Shown here piece after piece: positions 24,630 through 33,779 of a DNA stretch of 43,040 nt; the first letter of the stretch is position 1; the number at the start of each line of letters is the position of its first letter. The stretch is from a virus. Below the pieces are notes generated by a model. It searched no databases. It saw only the letters and a program-made list of their open reading frames with translations, and was not told the DNA's origin. Both the position numbers and the translations under genes were made by a program. The stretch is from the IMG/VR virus record IMGVR_UViG_3300045988_035187. The stretch is one strand, 5' to 3'.

Positions 24630-25814
24630 TTAGTAAGCTACTTTCATACGTTCTCGTTGCATCGGCAACCTAGCCGCCTCGCTGAACGACTTATATTCTG
24701 CGTTTAGCCGCCGGATACGGGCCGTTACAGCTTGGTAATCATCTTCCAGCTCTGCGGCCTTATATGCGGTTTGTTCCCGCTTCAGCTTGCGGACGGTGCG
24801 TTCTATTTGACGTTGTTTTTGAGTGGCTGTATATCCATCGTACTGCCTGCCTTCAAAAGATATCTCCCGATTTTTCCCTTTCATCGCGTTCAGATCAGAG
24901 TTTGAATAGGTCGGCTCCATGACACCCTCAACAAACGGATAAAAGTGGTGGCGGCAGTTCCATCCGCCTAGACCAGGTCCGGTACCATAACCCGTAGAAG
25001 CGATAAAATCAGGATATCTCCCGCTGGATTGCTTCGGTTTTGCGCTCCATCGGTAAATCTTCCCTTGCCAGCTCTCGTGGTTTTCCGGCCCGGTTCCGGT
25101 GTTCCGCGCCCCGATATGAGCAGAGACCTCAACCAGATCAGTTTCCAAATAATCCATGCCTTGCTCCGAATACTGTTCGCAAAGCTGATTGATACCAGTC
25201 ATAATAGCGCGGCGGACTGCAACGTCAATCTGGTCCATGTGACCGCTTTCATATTCCGCTGTCTTGATGCCGCTGTCTGCAAGCTGCTTCACGGCACCTC
25301 TAATTGCCTGATTGTAGCTGATTGCACCGCTCTGTATCTGCAACACGGCATTATCAAGTGCCCATTGGTAAGCACTTGCAGGCCGGAGCAATGTCCTTCC
25401 ATTGTCGAGCAGGAAAGCCATTGATTGCGTAATATTTCGGAACGTTTTGCGAGTCTGCTCATAAATGGCATAGGTATCTTCGATGCTCAACAGTGTTTTT
25501 GGCGCGGTCACATCTGCTATCTTTATCAATTCAGAGTAATACCGCTGGTTCCACTCCACCACATCGTCCAACAGCTCAGTCAGATTCTTTTCGCTGATGT
25601 TGGTTGTTCGACGAATCGCACGCTCAATCTCCTGTTGGCTGATACCGTGAGACCGGAGTGCTTGGATGTCCAGCACCGTTACTTCGTTTAGCTCCCCTGA
25701 TACTTTAAGCCTAGAACAAATTTCCTCTAGTAGCGTGTTTTCAAGATTGCGGTATAGCTCGGCCAGCTCTTCCGGGAGGGCATCGAGAAGTTCCGGGGTA
25801 AATGGATACCTCAT
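24630..25814 (-). CDS. Minor head protein (SPP1 gp7 / Mu F-like)
   Basis: 394 aa directly after the portal gene. WNCRHHFYPF motif. Confidence 0.75.
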   Translation of the reverse strand: MRYPFTPELLDALPEELAELYRNLENTLLEEICSRLKVSGELNEVTVLDIQALRSHGISQQEIERAIRRTTNISEKNLTELLDDVVEWNQRYYSELIKIADVTAPKTLLSIEDTYAIYEQTRKTFRNITQSMAFLLDNGRTLLRPASAYQWALDNAVLQIQSGAISYNQAIRGAVKQLADSGIKTAEYESGHMDQIDVAVRRAIMTGINQLCEQYSEQGMDYLETDLVEVSAHIGARNTGTGPENHESWQGKIYRWSAKPKQSSGRYPDFIASTGYGTGPGLGGWNCRHHFYPFVEGVMEPTYSNSDLNAMKGKNREISFEGRQYDGYTATQKQRQIERTVRKLKREQTAYKAAELEDDYQAVTARIRRLNAEYKSFSEAARLPMQRERMKVAY

Positions 25815-27232
25815 TCAATTTCTTCTTCCTCCTCGTCCGTCATATCCTCCATTTTCGGCAGCATCTTCTTTGCTGTGGCTTCGTCCTCGTTATACCACTT
25901 CATCCGGTATTCCAAATGTGACATAACTCCCATAGCTAAATCCTGCCTGTCATTATTTCGTTCTGTTGTCTTGTCCTCGATGATGCTATCATCGAAATCA
26001 ATAGTGACCTCCGCATCCTCATTCAACCCGGCACCCATGGCCGTGTTGCCCAAGCGAAGAATAATCCGGCACAGTTCTTTGATGGCGCTCTCCAGAATGA
26101 TTTCATGCTTCTTGATGGTGCGGAACATGGTGGAGTTTTCACTGATGACCTGGGTGGCGGTAGTGATGTTCCCACCGTCAAAGCGGTAATAAGTCTCCCC
26201 GAAACCACACTTGCTGGACAGCAGATTAAGCTGTGTCTGCACCCCCTGGGTGTGTTCCGCTGTCCGAAGGTTCATGTCGATGGGCTGAATGATGGCCCCG
26301 CCCTCGATGTCTTCCGGAAGCACATAATAGGCCAGATCATCAGGGTCAAAAACCGGCTCCCCGTCCAAATACTGTTGTGCGGAAGGCTTGACCATCACCC
26401 GCTTTTTCCCCAGCACGAACTCATTGACGTAGCTGTCAAAAGCAATATCTACGCCCTTCATGCTGTCGATGGCGTTAGCGTAGACCGAAATCCCAAGTGG
26501 AATGGAGTAATCGAAGTTGTTGGCGATATTAGGCCGGTCAATGACGAATTGCCTCCGGTCGCTGCCGGTGTGGACAACAGGGGGCACCCTCTCAAAGCCC
26601 TGCACGGAGGTCAGCTTTACCTCAGTATCTACGTTCTGGTTCCGATATGTATACAGCCGGTTCTCAATGTTGTACAGGCCGTCGACCTTCCGGTGGATTT
26701 GCAGATAGCAGTAATCTTCCCCGTTTACGTTGACGATGCTGTCAAAGGCACATTCAGTAATAACGCCATTCTGCCAGGACAGGGGCCAGATATGCTCCAC
26801 CGTTACGTAGTCGATGACGATATCTGTGGCGCTGCCAGGAACCGGGCCCGCTTCCGTGACCCCCATGCCCACCACGCGGGGGATAAAAGCCACCGTTCCA
26901 AGAGCGAAGGCCATTTCCTGCATCTCGTTGGAGCGCACGCGAAAGTTGTTCTCCTTCAGGACCCGGTCAATAAACTCCTGCTCCTTTGTGCCATCCAGAG
27001 TGATTTCAACCCTCTCATTCATGAGAAGATTTGCCCAGTCCTCCGGGATTTTCTTTCCCATGTTGAGGGTGTACCGCTTGCAGCGCACCATCCCGGCCCC
27101 GTTTCGTACCCGGTAACGGTGGAACCCCTTCACGTCGCCCTCATACCAAGACTTCCACTCTTGCACCTTCGTGTAGAACTCCTCCGGCACGGTGGAGTAA
27201 CCAAGTTCTTTCAGTTTTTCGATAATGTTCAT
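25811..27232 (-). CDS. Portal protein
   Basis: 473 aa. Follows terL. Acidic C-terminus. Confidence 0.85.
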   Translation of the reverse strand: MNIIEKLKELGYSTVPEEFYTKVQEWKSWYEGDVKGFHRYRVRNGAGMVRCKRYTLNMGKKIPEDWANLLMNERVEITLDGTKEQEFIDRVLKENNFRVRSNEMQEMAFALGTVAFIPRVVGMGVTEAGPVPGSATDIVIDYVTVEHIWPLSWQNGVITECAFDSIVNVNGEDYCYLQIHRKVDGLYNIENRLYTYRNQNVDTEVKLTSVQGFERVPPVVHTGSDRRQFVIDRPNIANNFDYSIPLGISVYANAIDSMKGVDIAFDSYVNEFVLGKKRVMVKPSAQQYLDGEPVFDPDDLAYYVLPEDIEGGAIIQPIDMNLRTAEHTQGVQTQLNLLSSKCGFGETYYRFDGGNITTATQVISENSTMFRTIKKHEIILESAIKELCRIILRLGNTAMGAGLNEDAEVTIDFDDSIIEDKTTERNNDRQDLAMGVMSHLEYRMKWYNEDEATAKKMLPKMEDMTDEEEEEIE

Positions 27233-28467
27233 GCTGTTACTCCCATTTTTCGGAATACTCGCTCCAAAGCGTACCGTGTGGCATCAATCAGGTGATTGTT
27301 CTCGTCAGGATACCCGCTGATGATCTCTCCATCCTTATTACGCTCATACTCATAGTTCACAAATTCCTCATAAGCATGTGGCGTTCTGCGGCGGTCAATA
27401 ACGATCTTTCGGCGTTGCAGCCACTTCATACCGTACTCCACACTACCCGGCCCCTTTATTGCTTCCTTGGCGGGGAGTCCCATGGCTCTGAAATCTGCGG
27501 CGGACTTAGGCTCCGCGCTGTCGCAAGTGATATAAGCGTCTTTGTATCCGCGCTTCAAAATCACGCCCGCACTAGCCTCATTTGTCAGCTTGTTTTGGCA
27601 TATCTCATCAATCATGTAAATGGTCTCATGTGCCCGGTCGTAGTGAAGGCGGATAAAAGCGAAAGGGTCAGGGAACCAGCCCCAGTCCACACCCTGGTAA
27701 ATCTTATCGAAGGAAGCAATCTCTTTGTCGGTAATCTCTCGCAGTTCCAGGTTGTCAAAGACGTTTCCGCCCGTTCCAACCGGAATTCCCAAATACTCAT
27801 GCTGGTAAGCTCGCTCATCCGTTTCTTTCAGGTGTTCAGCCTCAAACAGAAACTGCTCTCCCAACCACTCCGGCGGCGCTTCCAAGTATGTACTCTTGTG
27901 GCACAGCCTGTCCGCCCTCTCCTTCAGGCTGTCCTTGTTGGCCCAGTTGTCCCGGCTGATTGGCGGGTTGTAACTCTCAAAGTTCCAGAACTTGGAGCCG
28001 CCGCGCATGGTAGATTGTAAAATGGTCCGGATTTCAGCCCGTCCAGCGAATTGGTCCTTCTCCTCAAAGTGAGTAACGGCAATATACCCAAACGGCACTT
28101 TGATAGATTTGATCTTCATGGGATCATCAGCGCCCCGGAACATGATCTTTTGCCCAGTCGGCTTATATACAAGTTCCAACGGCTGCACCTTGGCTATCCA
28201 GCAATCAGCCATGCCAAGTTCACTAATCGCCCACAGGTATTGAGCATATACGCTATCTCGCAAAGTATTTCCGACCTTGCGGAGCACTAAGGCGTGGGTA
28301 TTAGGGTTGGTTAGTAGAATTAACGGCACAAGCAGGGACACGCAGGAAGATTTCAGAGACCCACGCCCGCCGGATAAGTCATAGTGAGTGTGTCTGTGTC
28401 GGAATACATCACGGGCCAGCAAATGAAATGCGGGGCCAAGTACAGTAGATAAGCGCACTTCAGACAT
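27229..28467 (-). CDS. terL: Terminase large subunit
   Basis: Walker A-like LSGGRGSLKSS, 412 aa. Overlaps terS and the portal gene. Confidence 0.9.
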   Translation of the reverse strand: MSEVRLSTVLGPAFHLLARDVFRHRHTHYDLSGGRGSLKSSCVSLLVPLILLTNPNTHALVLRKVGNTLRDSVYAQYLWAISELGMADCWIAKVQPLELVYKPTGQKIMFRGADDPMKIKSIKVPFGYIAVTHFEEKDQFAGRAEIRTILQSTMRGGSKFWNFESYNPPISRDNWANKDSLKERADRLCHKSTYLEAPPEWLGEQFLFEAEHLKETDERAYQHEYLGIPVGTGGNVFDNLELREITDKEIASFDKIYQGVDWGWFPDPFAFIRLHYDRAHETIYMIDEICQNKLTNEASAGVILKRGYKDAYITCDSAEPKSAADFRAMGLPAKEAIKGPGSVEYGMKWLQRRKIVIDRRRTPHAYEEFVNYEYERNKDGEIISGYPDENNHLIDATRYALERVFRKMGVTA

Positions 28468-28843
28468 CTATAATCACCTGCACCTTGTCCTCTTTCCCCT
28501 CACCCTTGATGTCCGTCCACTTGTCGATCAGCGTCCCCAGGGCCGTCGTGATCTGCGCAGGTGTGGCCTCCGCCAGCTTTTCAGGATCGTTGAGCGCGGC
28601 AAGGCCCTTTCCGATGATTTCGCACACAAGCCCCTTCTGGCTCTCCATGTAAGCGAGAATGTCAGCAGTGTTTTCTTCTTTTTTCTGTGCTACTTTTTGC
28701 TCAATATCGCTACATTCAAGGACAATTCTCTTTACCGTCCCATCTGCAATACGGTTTTTCCTTGCTGTAGCGCGATAGCTGCCGGTCTCCAGATAATCAG
28801 CCACTATTTTCTTTTTCTGCTTATCCGTCAGCCGTGCAGCCAT
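28460..28843 (-). CDS. terS: Terminase small subunit
   Basis: 127 aa. N-terminal HTH (KKKIVADYLETGSYRATARKNRIADGTVKR). Upstream of terL. Confidence 0.75.
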   Translation of the reverse strand: MAARLTDKQKKKIVADYLETGSYRATARKNRIADGTVKRIVLECSDIEQKVAQKKEENTADILAYMESQKGLVCEIIGKGLAALNDPEKLAEATPAQITTALGTLIDKWTDIKGEGKEDKVQVIIDV

Positions 28844-28915
28844 ATCACCACCTCAATCAAAAATTCCCCGTACCCGACCCTCCCATCATTTCAGCGAGAC
28901 GGGCACGCCCTTGTA

Positions 28916-29569
28916 TCAAAGCTCCATATTGGGGTAAACTGTTTCCCAAACGTTCACATGGTAAGTATTGACTTCGCCATAATTGGCATCGAAAATCTTT
29001 TTAACCCCATAGCCCTGCCGTTGGCTCTCAAGCTTGATCCTCCGCCAGTCAAAAACCTTATATGATACTCCATTCAGATGTGCCACTCGCTTGATGGAAT
29101 ACCATTCCTTGCTCCTATCCAGTTCTGTCTCAAGGGCCATGCGCTTTTCTTCTGCATCCGCAAGCGCTCGAAGCGCAGATGGATAATCTCTCGGAAGGAC
29201 AGCATTTTCACTGGTGATCTTCTCCCGCATTATTTCAAAAGCCGTCACATAAGCCGCAGTGAACAAGACGCCCTTTTCCCCGGTCATCTTGTTTGCAACC
29301 ATGTCGCAGCCCTTCTTTGTGAGAAGATAGCAGGGAAGTGTTCTACCCGTACTGTCTTGATACACATGCGGAATGAAGAAATCACTAGGCGCAATTTTGC
29401 GCTCAGCTTCACTGCCCCCAGATTTGGGGTGAGTATTTTCAGACAGAATTTTGGCGTATCCTGCAATATCCCGGATAAGGTGGTCATGCCGTTTCCCAGT
29501 CATCTCAGCCACATCCCGGCTGTCCACAACATTCTTGCCGTTTGAATTGAATACCAGAAGTTCTTTCAT
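28916..29569 (-). CDS. Rha-family phage regulatory protein / antirepressor
   Basis: VVDSRDVAEMTGKRHDHLIRDI is the Rha N-terminal motif. AAAGGAGAA RBS. Confidence 0.75.
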   Translation of the reverse strand: MKELLVFNSNGKNVVDSRDVAEMTGKRHDHLIRDIAGYAKILSENTHPKSGGSEAERKIAPSDFFIPHVYQDSTGRTLPCYLLTKKGCDMVANKMTGEKGVLFTAAYVTAFEIMREKITSENAVLPRDYPSALRALADAEEKRMALETELDRSKEWYSIKRVAHLNGVSYKVFDWRRIKLESQRQGYGVKKIFDANYGEVNTYHVNVWETVYPNMEL

Positions 29570-30326
29570 TTGAGGGTTCTCCTTTCGTATATGTCAGGAG
29601 AGGCGGCGGGAGATCACCCCGCCATGCGTAACCCCTCAATATTGATCTTTCCGCCCCCGTCTCCTGCAACTGCGAGGCGGCGTATGTGCGCTTCCCGCTT
29701 AGATTGTCACACCTGCGTCATATGGATATGCCATATGGTACTTTACCCGATCCGGTACAGGTAGTTTTCAGCGGGATAGCGCCGGGGCAGGTCATAGCTG
29801 CCACCGCTTCCGCCTCCATGACAGGCGGGCGTCACTTTCCTTCTCCGGGGCTGTCAGACGCTGTAGACTTCCCAGTATAGTGTCTTTCCACAGTCAGCTC
29901 CTTGGCCTTTGGAGCGCATTGTCTAATGCCCGTAAAGGACGATGTTGCCGCATGGAGGGCGCGACCCTCCGGCCCTGATATGTGGGCTGCATCGTGCTGC
30001 GGCATATATTCACTGCTTCTATGTAATCCGATATGCGGTATCACATCACAATTACTATACGAATCTTCGTCAGCTATCCTGTTACAATCCGGCCTTGTCC
30101 TAAGACAGTCGGAACCGCACCTACATCCGTCAGCCTCGCAGGGGTAAGCCAGTTTCATCGTATAGCAATCACGGTACATCTCAACCCCTCCGCCGGTGTC
30201 GTCGGTCGGAACCGTTTTAGTTTATTGAGCCGGGGTCAGCCAATTAAATATTCTTCGCCCTGCCGCTTTCGCACAGCGCACAGGGAAGGCCCGTTTTCTC
30301 TTCGTGGAGCTGTGGAACCATACATC

Positions 30327-30400
30327 TGGCACGGGTGGAAGGCTCTGTTCCCCCAACCTCCGGTTTTGGAGACCGGCGCTCTCCATTGAGCTACACCCGT
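30327..30400 (-). tRNA. tRNA-Trp(CCA)-like gene with a non-canonical T-loop
   Basis: 7-bp acceptor ACGGGTG/CACCCGT, A1-U72, G73, encoded CCA, D-arm GCTC-AATGGA-GAGC, anticodon arm CCGGT-CTCCAAA-ACCGG. The T-arm GGGGG-AACAGAG-CCTTC lacks the TTC signature. Confidence 0.55.
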
Positions 30401-30408
30401 ATATTGTT

Positions 30409-30571
30409 TGAGCGGGTGAGGATTTGCACCTCACATGAGTGGATTGCTACCTAACGCCCGTCGCGCATTACAGCGGCCTGCAAACCCGAGGGATAATACC
30501 CGTTCCGCCAGCAGGATAATAGGTGCCACCCTACCCGTCACCATAGCGTCTACCTATTCCGCCACCGCTCA
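30409..30571 (-). other. Elongated tRNA-like element (Leu-type D-arm and T-arm separated by about 110 nt)
   Basis: GAGCGG...CCGCTC acceptor pairing, TG-GCGGAATAGGTAGACGC D-arm, GTGAGG-TGCAAAT-CCTCAC T-arm. No recognisable anticodon arm and no CCA. Confidence 0.3.
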
Positions 30572-30871
30572 GTCGTTATCTGCTCCGTATGTCGGCTTCG
30601 ATTGCGAAACTCTGGAGCAGGTTAACGTGAAGGGAGTCCCCCGGCAGGAAACGTACAAGAGAGGCACTCCTTTCCGTTTAATATCTGCTTACTAGATACC
30701 CTGCCGGGGGAGTGGGTTGTCCTTTGGGCCGTGGTTGGTCACAGCCCGAAAGGGGAGGAAAAGAAGGAGCATGGGGATGTCACTCCCTCATGCTCCATTG
30801 TCGCATAGTCTTCGCTTTTAATTCCCACTTTTGTGGGAACCACTGCCCAGGTTTTTTGTGATGATGAAAGA

Positions 30872-31102
30872 TTACACCCTATGTACAAATGGGAAGTTTG
30901 TTCTCCCCAGCAGATAGTCCGTACTGACCCCATAATAATCCGCGATTTTATATAGGGCATCCATAGACGGCTCTACTTCTCCTCGCTCATATCTTCTCAA
31001 CATATCCGGGTGCAATCCCATCAGTTGTGATGTAACTGTCATGCTCCGAACTGGCCGCATGGACTCTCGCAACTTTCTCAGCCTTTCCGGGAACTCACCC
31101 AT
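30872..31102 (-). CDS. XRE-family HTH regulator
   Basis: Start set to ATG 31102 after GGAGGA. FPERLRKLRESMRPVRSMTVTSQLMGLHPDMLRRYERGEVEPS is a Cro/C1 HTH. Confidence 0.7.
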   Translation of the reverse strand: MGEFPERLRKLRESMRPVRSMTVTSQLMGLHPDMLRRYERGEVEPSMDALYKIADYYGVSTDYLLGRTNFPFVHRV

Positions 31103-31232
31103 CCATATCCTCCTTCTTAATCCACCACCGTCCCGCGCAGCGGTGGGCGGTAACGCAGGCGGTGGAAATCTGGCAGGGGCGAACACTCCTTCCGCTGGCC
31201 GTGACGATCAATGGAGATCACTTCGGTTTCGG

Positions 31233-31661
31233 TCATTGTCTACCTCCCTCATACTGTCCGCCCTCCCCGTCGTGGATGTTGCCGATGACCTCACATTCGT
31301 AATGACACCAAGCATTCGGGAAACTTATGTAATACTTGTCCTCTCCAAGCGTTTCCCACATCCATGCACACATGTCCCACTTCACCATGACATTGACCGG
31401 ATATTCAAGCGGGGGAAAGAAGTATGCCCCAAGTCCGTCTGACTTCTTTGCTATCTTTAGAACATCCCCCTCAAAAATTTTCTTCCCGTTCTTGTCGGTC
31501 AGGCCGGTGTACTGGCAGACCGTGGAGGGGTCAACTTCATCGGACACCCGACATCCGTTATTATACCAATGAATAATGACGCTATCTTGAAGATTATTCA
31601 GATCTCCATATACCCATTTCCCGTCTCTCCACCGCTTGGCTTTAAAAAGGATTTCTCTCAT
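31233..31661 (-). CDS. YopX-family protein
   Basis: MREILFKAKRWRDGKWVYG...YTGLTDKNGKKIFEGD...VIGNIHD matches the YopX pattern. Confidence 0.75.
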   Translation of the reverse strand: MREILFKAKRWRDGKWVYGDLNNLQDSVIIHWYNNGCRVSDEVDPSTVCQYTGLTDKNGKKIFEGDVLKIAKKSDGLGAYFFPPLEYPVNVMVKWDMCAWMWETLGEDKYYISFPNAWCHYECEVIGNIHDGEGGQYEGGRQ

Positions 31662-32359
31662 TGGGTACCTCCGATGATTTCGTTCAGCTTGACGGATTCG
31701 CCGGGACGGAGGGATGGGAACAAGTCTTTATCAATGTCTGTTATCCATCCGCAGGTATTGTTACTCAATCCAATTACTCCGCTGTCTTTAATTCTTTCTA
31801 CATACTCCGCCTTTGGATAAAGCATGTGAATTGCTCTAAAAAGTTCCACCTCCTGCACCGTCCAGCGGGGCTTGCGGATGATGCGGTCGGGGTGGTTGAT
31901 AAGCTCACATACTCGGTCAGCATCCATTACCGATCCGATGTTTGTCCGTATGATGCCAAATAAATCTATATAGGCGTCTTTGTACGAGCGAGTGTCAAAC
32001 TTCTCTTCTGGCTCTACCCCCAGCACCTCGCAAATTCTCGGTTTGTCCATGTTGGCCTCCTTCCTTTTCACCCAATTTTTGCACCCTTCCTGCGGGTCAA
32101 AGTCCTTCTCAATTTCACACCCAATGCAGTTAAAACAAGTGCGTGGTTCATCATCCTCAACCACCTCGAACCCCATCAGGCGGGCGGCTTCGTAAGGGTT
32201 GGCTCTTACGTATTCATGACACGGCTTCTTTGTCCCTGCGTATTGCTGCACGGGTTCCCGAAGCTCGCAATAGTCGCAATCTTTTTTGCTATCGCAAAAC
32301 TGCTCTAATGCCTGTTCAATGGTAAGTGCGACTTCGCCCGTCTTACTCCGAAACTTCAT
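31658..32359 (-). CDS. Hypothetical early protein (233 aa)
   Basis: Start set to ATG 32359 after AAAGGAGG. The track extension overlaps the upstream gene. Confidence 0.55.
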   Translation of the reverse strand: MKFRSKTGEVALTIEQALEQFCDSKKDCDYCELREPVQQYAGTKKPCHEYVRANPYEAARLMGFEVVEDDEPRTCFNCIGCEIEKDFDPQEGCKNWVKRKEANMDKPRICEVLGVEPEEKFDTRSYKDAYIDLFGIIRTNIGSVMDADRVCELINHPDRIIRKPRWTVQEVELFRAIHMLYPKAEYVERIKDSGVIGLSNNTCGWITDIDKDLFPSLRPGESVKLNEIIGGTQ

Positions 32360-32642
32360 GGTCGGCCTCCTTTCGCTGGCCGTAGGAGCAGAAATCATTT
32401 TCGTAAGTTCCGCCTTCCATTCTGTGTCGCTCACATTCACCAGCACAGTGATTTTCCCACTGCCTAGTGTATCTTCTCCAATATTTACACTCCCGGCACC
32501 TGACCACAGGCACGGCGTCGATGGTGGGGGCATGACAAATCAAATTAAGAAAATTACGGTTACAGTTACGTTCAATGCCAGTTGCCCCTTTATATTGTTT
32601 CTCAACTTCGTCATAAATCATGTCAACATCAGCTAATCTCAT
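32343..32642 (-). CDS. Cys-rich hypothetical protein
   Basis: ATG 32642 after GAGGAGGA. CRECx17CAGEC motifs. Confidence 0.5.
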   Translation of the reverse strand: MRLADVDMIYDEVEKQYKGATGIERNCNRNFLNLICHAPTIDAVPVVRCRECKYWRRYTRQWENHCAGECERHRMEGGTYENDFCSYGQRKEADHEVSE

Positions 32643-32916
32643 GCCCGTCCTCCTCGTCCATGCGAGCGCCGCACGTTGGACAGTATGGCATATTCTCAAA
32701 TGTTAGCGGCTGTGTTCCAGCACAAACAGAGCACCTAACTCTTGAAATGATTCCGCTTGCGGTTGAAACCCTTTCCCATCTTCCGTGCCTCACCTCCGCA
32801 ACGTCGGCGGCGGGGATACGAGTTATCACATCATTGGCACACTGGCAATACCCCAATGCCCTTATCAGCGCGTTCAGCGCAGTTACCCTCTCGATGTACT
32901 CCTTCATTCGCTCCAC
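32629..32916 (-). CDS. Zinc-ribbon hypothetical protein
   Basis: CSVCx12CPTCG. 95 aa. Confidence 0.5.
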   Translation of the reverse strand: MERMKEYIERVTALNALIRALGYCQCANDVITRIPAADVAEVRHGRWERVSTASGIISRVRCSVCAGTQPLTFENMPYCPTCGARMDEEDGHEIS

Positions 32917-33161
32917 CTCCGTTCGTGATCGTCCACAATCCGTTGAATGATTTCCAACTCTTCATCTGTCAGCGTCCGGTTCCACGCAATGGAGAAATCG
33001 CCCGTACACCGATTCGGGCAGGCCGTACACTCGCAACGGTTGGCGTTGCTGGTATCATTCACCCTGAATGGGCAGCTGTGGTTATAGCAGTCAGTTCTAA
33101 TCCCTAATTCCCGTTCGACAAATTCAGTGGGATACATCGGCGGTATAGTTTTATTCTCCAT
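32904..33161 (-). CDS. Cys-rich hypothetical protein (85 aa)
   Basis: Multiple CxC/CxxC motifs. Overlapping gene chain. Confidence 0.5.
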   Translation of the reverse strand: MENKTIPPMYPTEFVERELGIRTDCYNHSCPFRVNDTSNANRCECTACPNRCTGDFSIAWNRTLTDEELEIIQRIVDDHERRWSE

Positions 33162-33630
33162 CCTGCTCCCTCCGTAGTGCGGCCTCTTCGCGGGTCAGGA
33201 AAACAGTTTTTCCGAAATCTTCAGGTATCAAATAACCGTTCCAAATCGGATATGTAATCTCTCCATCTGCGTTAATTTGTACGCCATCAAGACGGCTTAC
33301 GCTCGGGCAATCATCACCTTTGCGCCACTGATAGATAGTTTGATCTGGCTTTGCAGGCAGCACCATGCACCGCCCCTCATCGTCAGCCTGTTTGAGTGTG
33401 CGGAGGCGGTCAATGGGGCCGAGCTCCTTGTAAGCGTTGAGTTCATGCAGAGCGCAAGCGATTTTCGCCATATCCATGGCAGAAATGATTTCCTCCGGCT
33501 CCAAGCGCGTGTCCTCGTAGGCGGCGAGGCGGTTAATGGCAGCTTCTATCAAAGAGTAGTCGCCGTACCAATCAGAGTTTTCATACAGATCATTGATAAT
33601 ATCAGCAGCAAAGTCACTCAGCCGTTCCAT
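33151..33630 (-). CDS. Hypothetical early protein (159 aa)
   Basis: Start set to ATG 33630 after GAGGAGGA. Confidence 0.5.
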   Translation of the reverse strand: MERLSDFAADIINDLYENSDWYGDYSLIEAAINRLAAYEDTRLEPEEIISAMDMAKIACALHELNAYKELGPIDRLRTLKQADDEGRCMVLPAKPDQTIYQWRKGDDCPSVSRLDGVQINADGEITYPIWNGYLIPEDFGKTVFLTREEAALRREQDGE

Positions 33631-33631
33631 G

Positions 33632-33778
33632 TCAGTCCTCCTCATACTCCGGGTGTACGCCCATGCAACAGTCAAAGCAAATCCAGCCAGTGGGAGAACA
33701 TTCATCTCTCACCATCTCGCTCTGCTCATGCCGTTCCCCACAGATACCGCACTTTCGGTAGTATTTACGCTTTTTCAT
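33632..33778 (-). CDS. 48-aa zinc-finger peptide
   Basis: MKKRKYYRKCGICG...WICFDCC. Below the track cutoff. Fills the gap between neighbouring genes. Confidence 0.4.
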   Translation of the reverse strand: MKKRKYYRKCGICGERHEQSEMVRDECSPTGWICFDCCMGVHPEYEED

Positions 33779-33779
33779 G

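Larger units (their letters stand above)
29570..30871 (-). ncRNA. Candidate large structured non-coding RNA region (about 1.3 kb, no credible ORF)
   Basis: Perfect 12-bp helix 30637-30648/30700-30711 with nested helices. Hairpins at 30766-30796, 30721-30753, 29946-30004 and 29719-29737. tRNA-like units are embedded. The only long ORF uses AGG/AGA/ATA codons atypical for this genome. Confidence 0.45.

Noticed and set aside
22969-27295. Very long plus-strand ORFs (e.g. 22969-24165, 26105-27295, also 6021-6941 and 6730-7617)
   Set aside because: They are antisense shadows of well-supported minus-strand structural genes. Their products are R/G/H/P-rich with no RBS context, and they would break the continuous minus-strand operon.
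29832-30179. 115-aa Cys-rich ORF with a GGAGGGG box upstream
   Set aside because: Codon usage is atypical for this genome (multiple AGG, AGA and ATA codons). The composition is odd and the ORF lies inside a helix-dense region. I treat it as a probable non-coding shadow, although this is not proven.
31658-32533. Long N-terminal extensions of several track ORFs (31658-32533, 9264-9779, 21805-22401, 41000-41902, 30872-31186, 34688-35170, 35074-35439)
   Set aside because: The extensions overlap the upstream genes, are rich in W/R/P/G and lack an RBS. Internal starts with strong GGAGG boxes or ATGA/GTGA coupling give compact gene chains.
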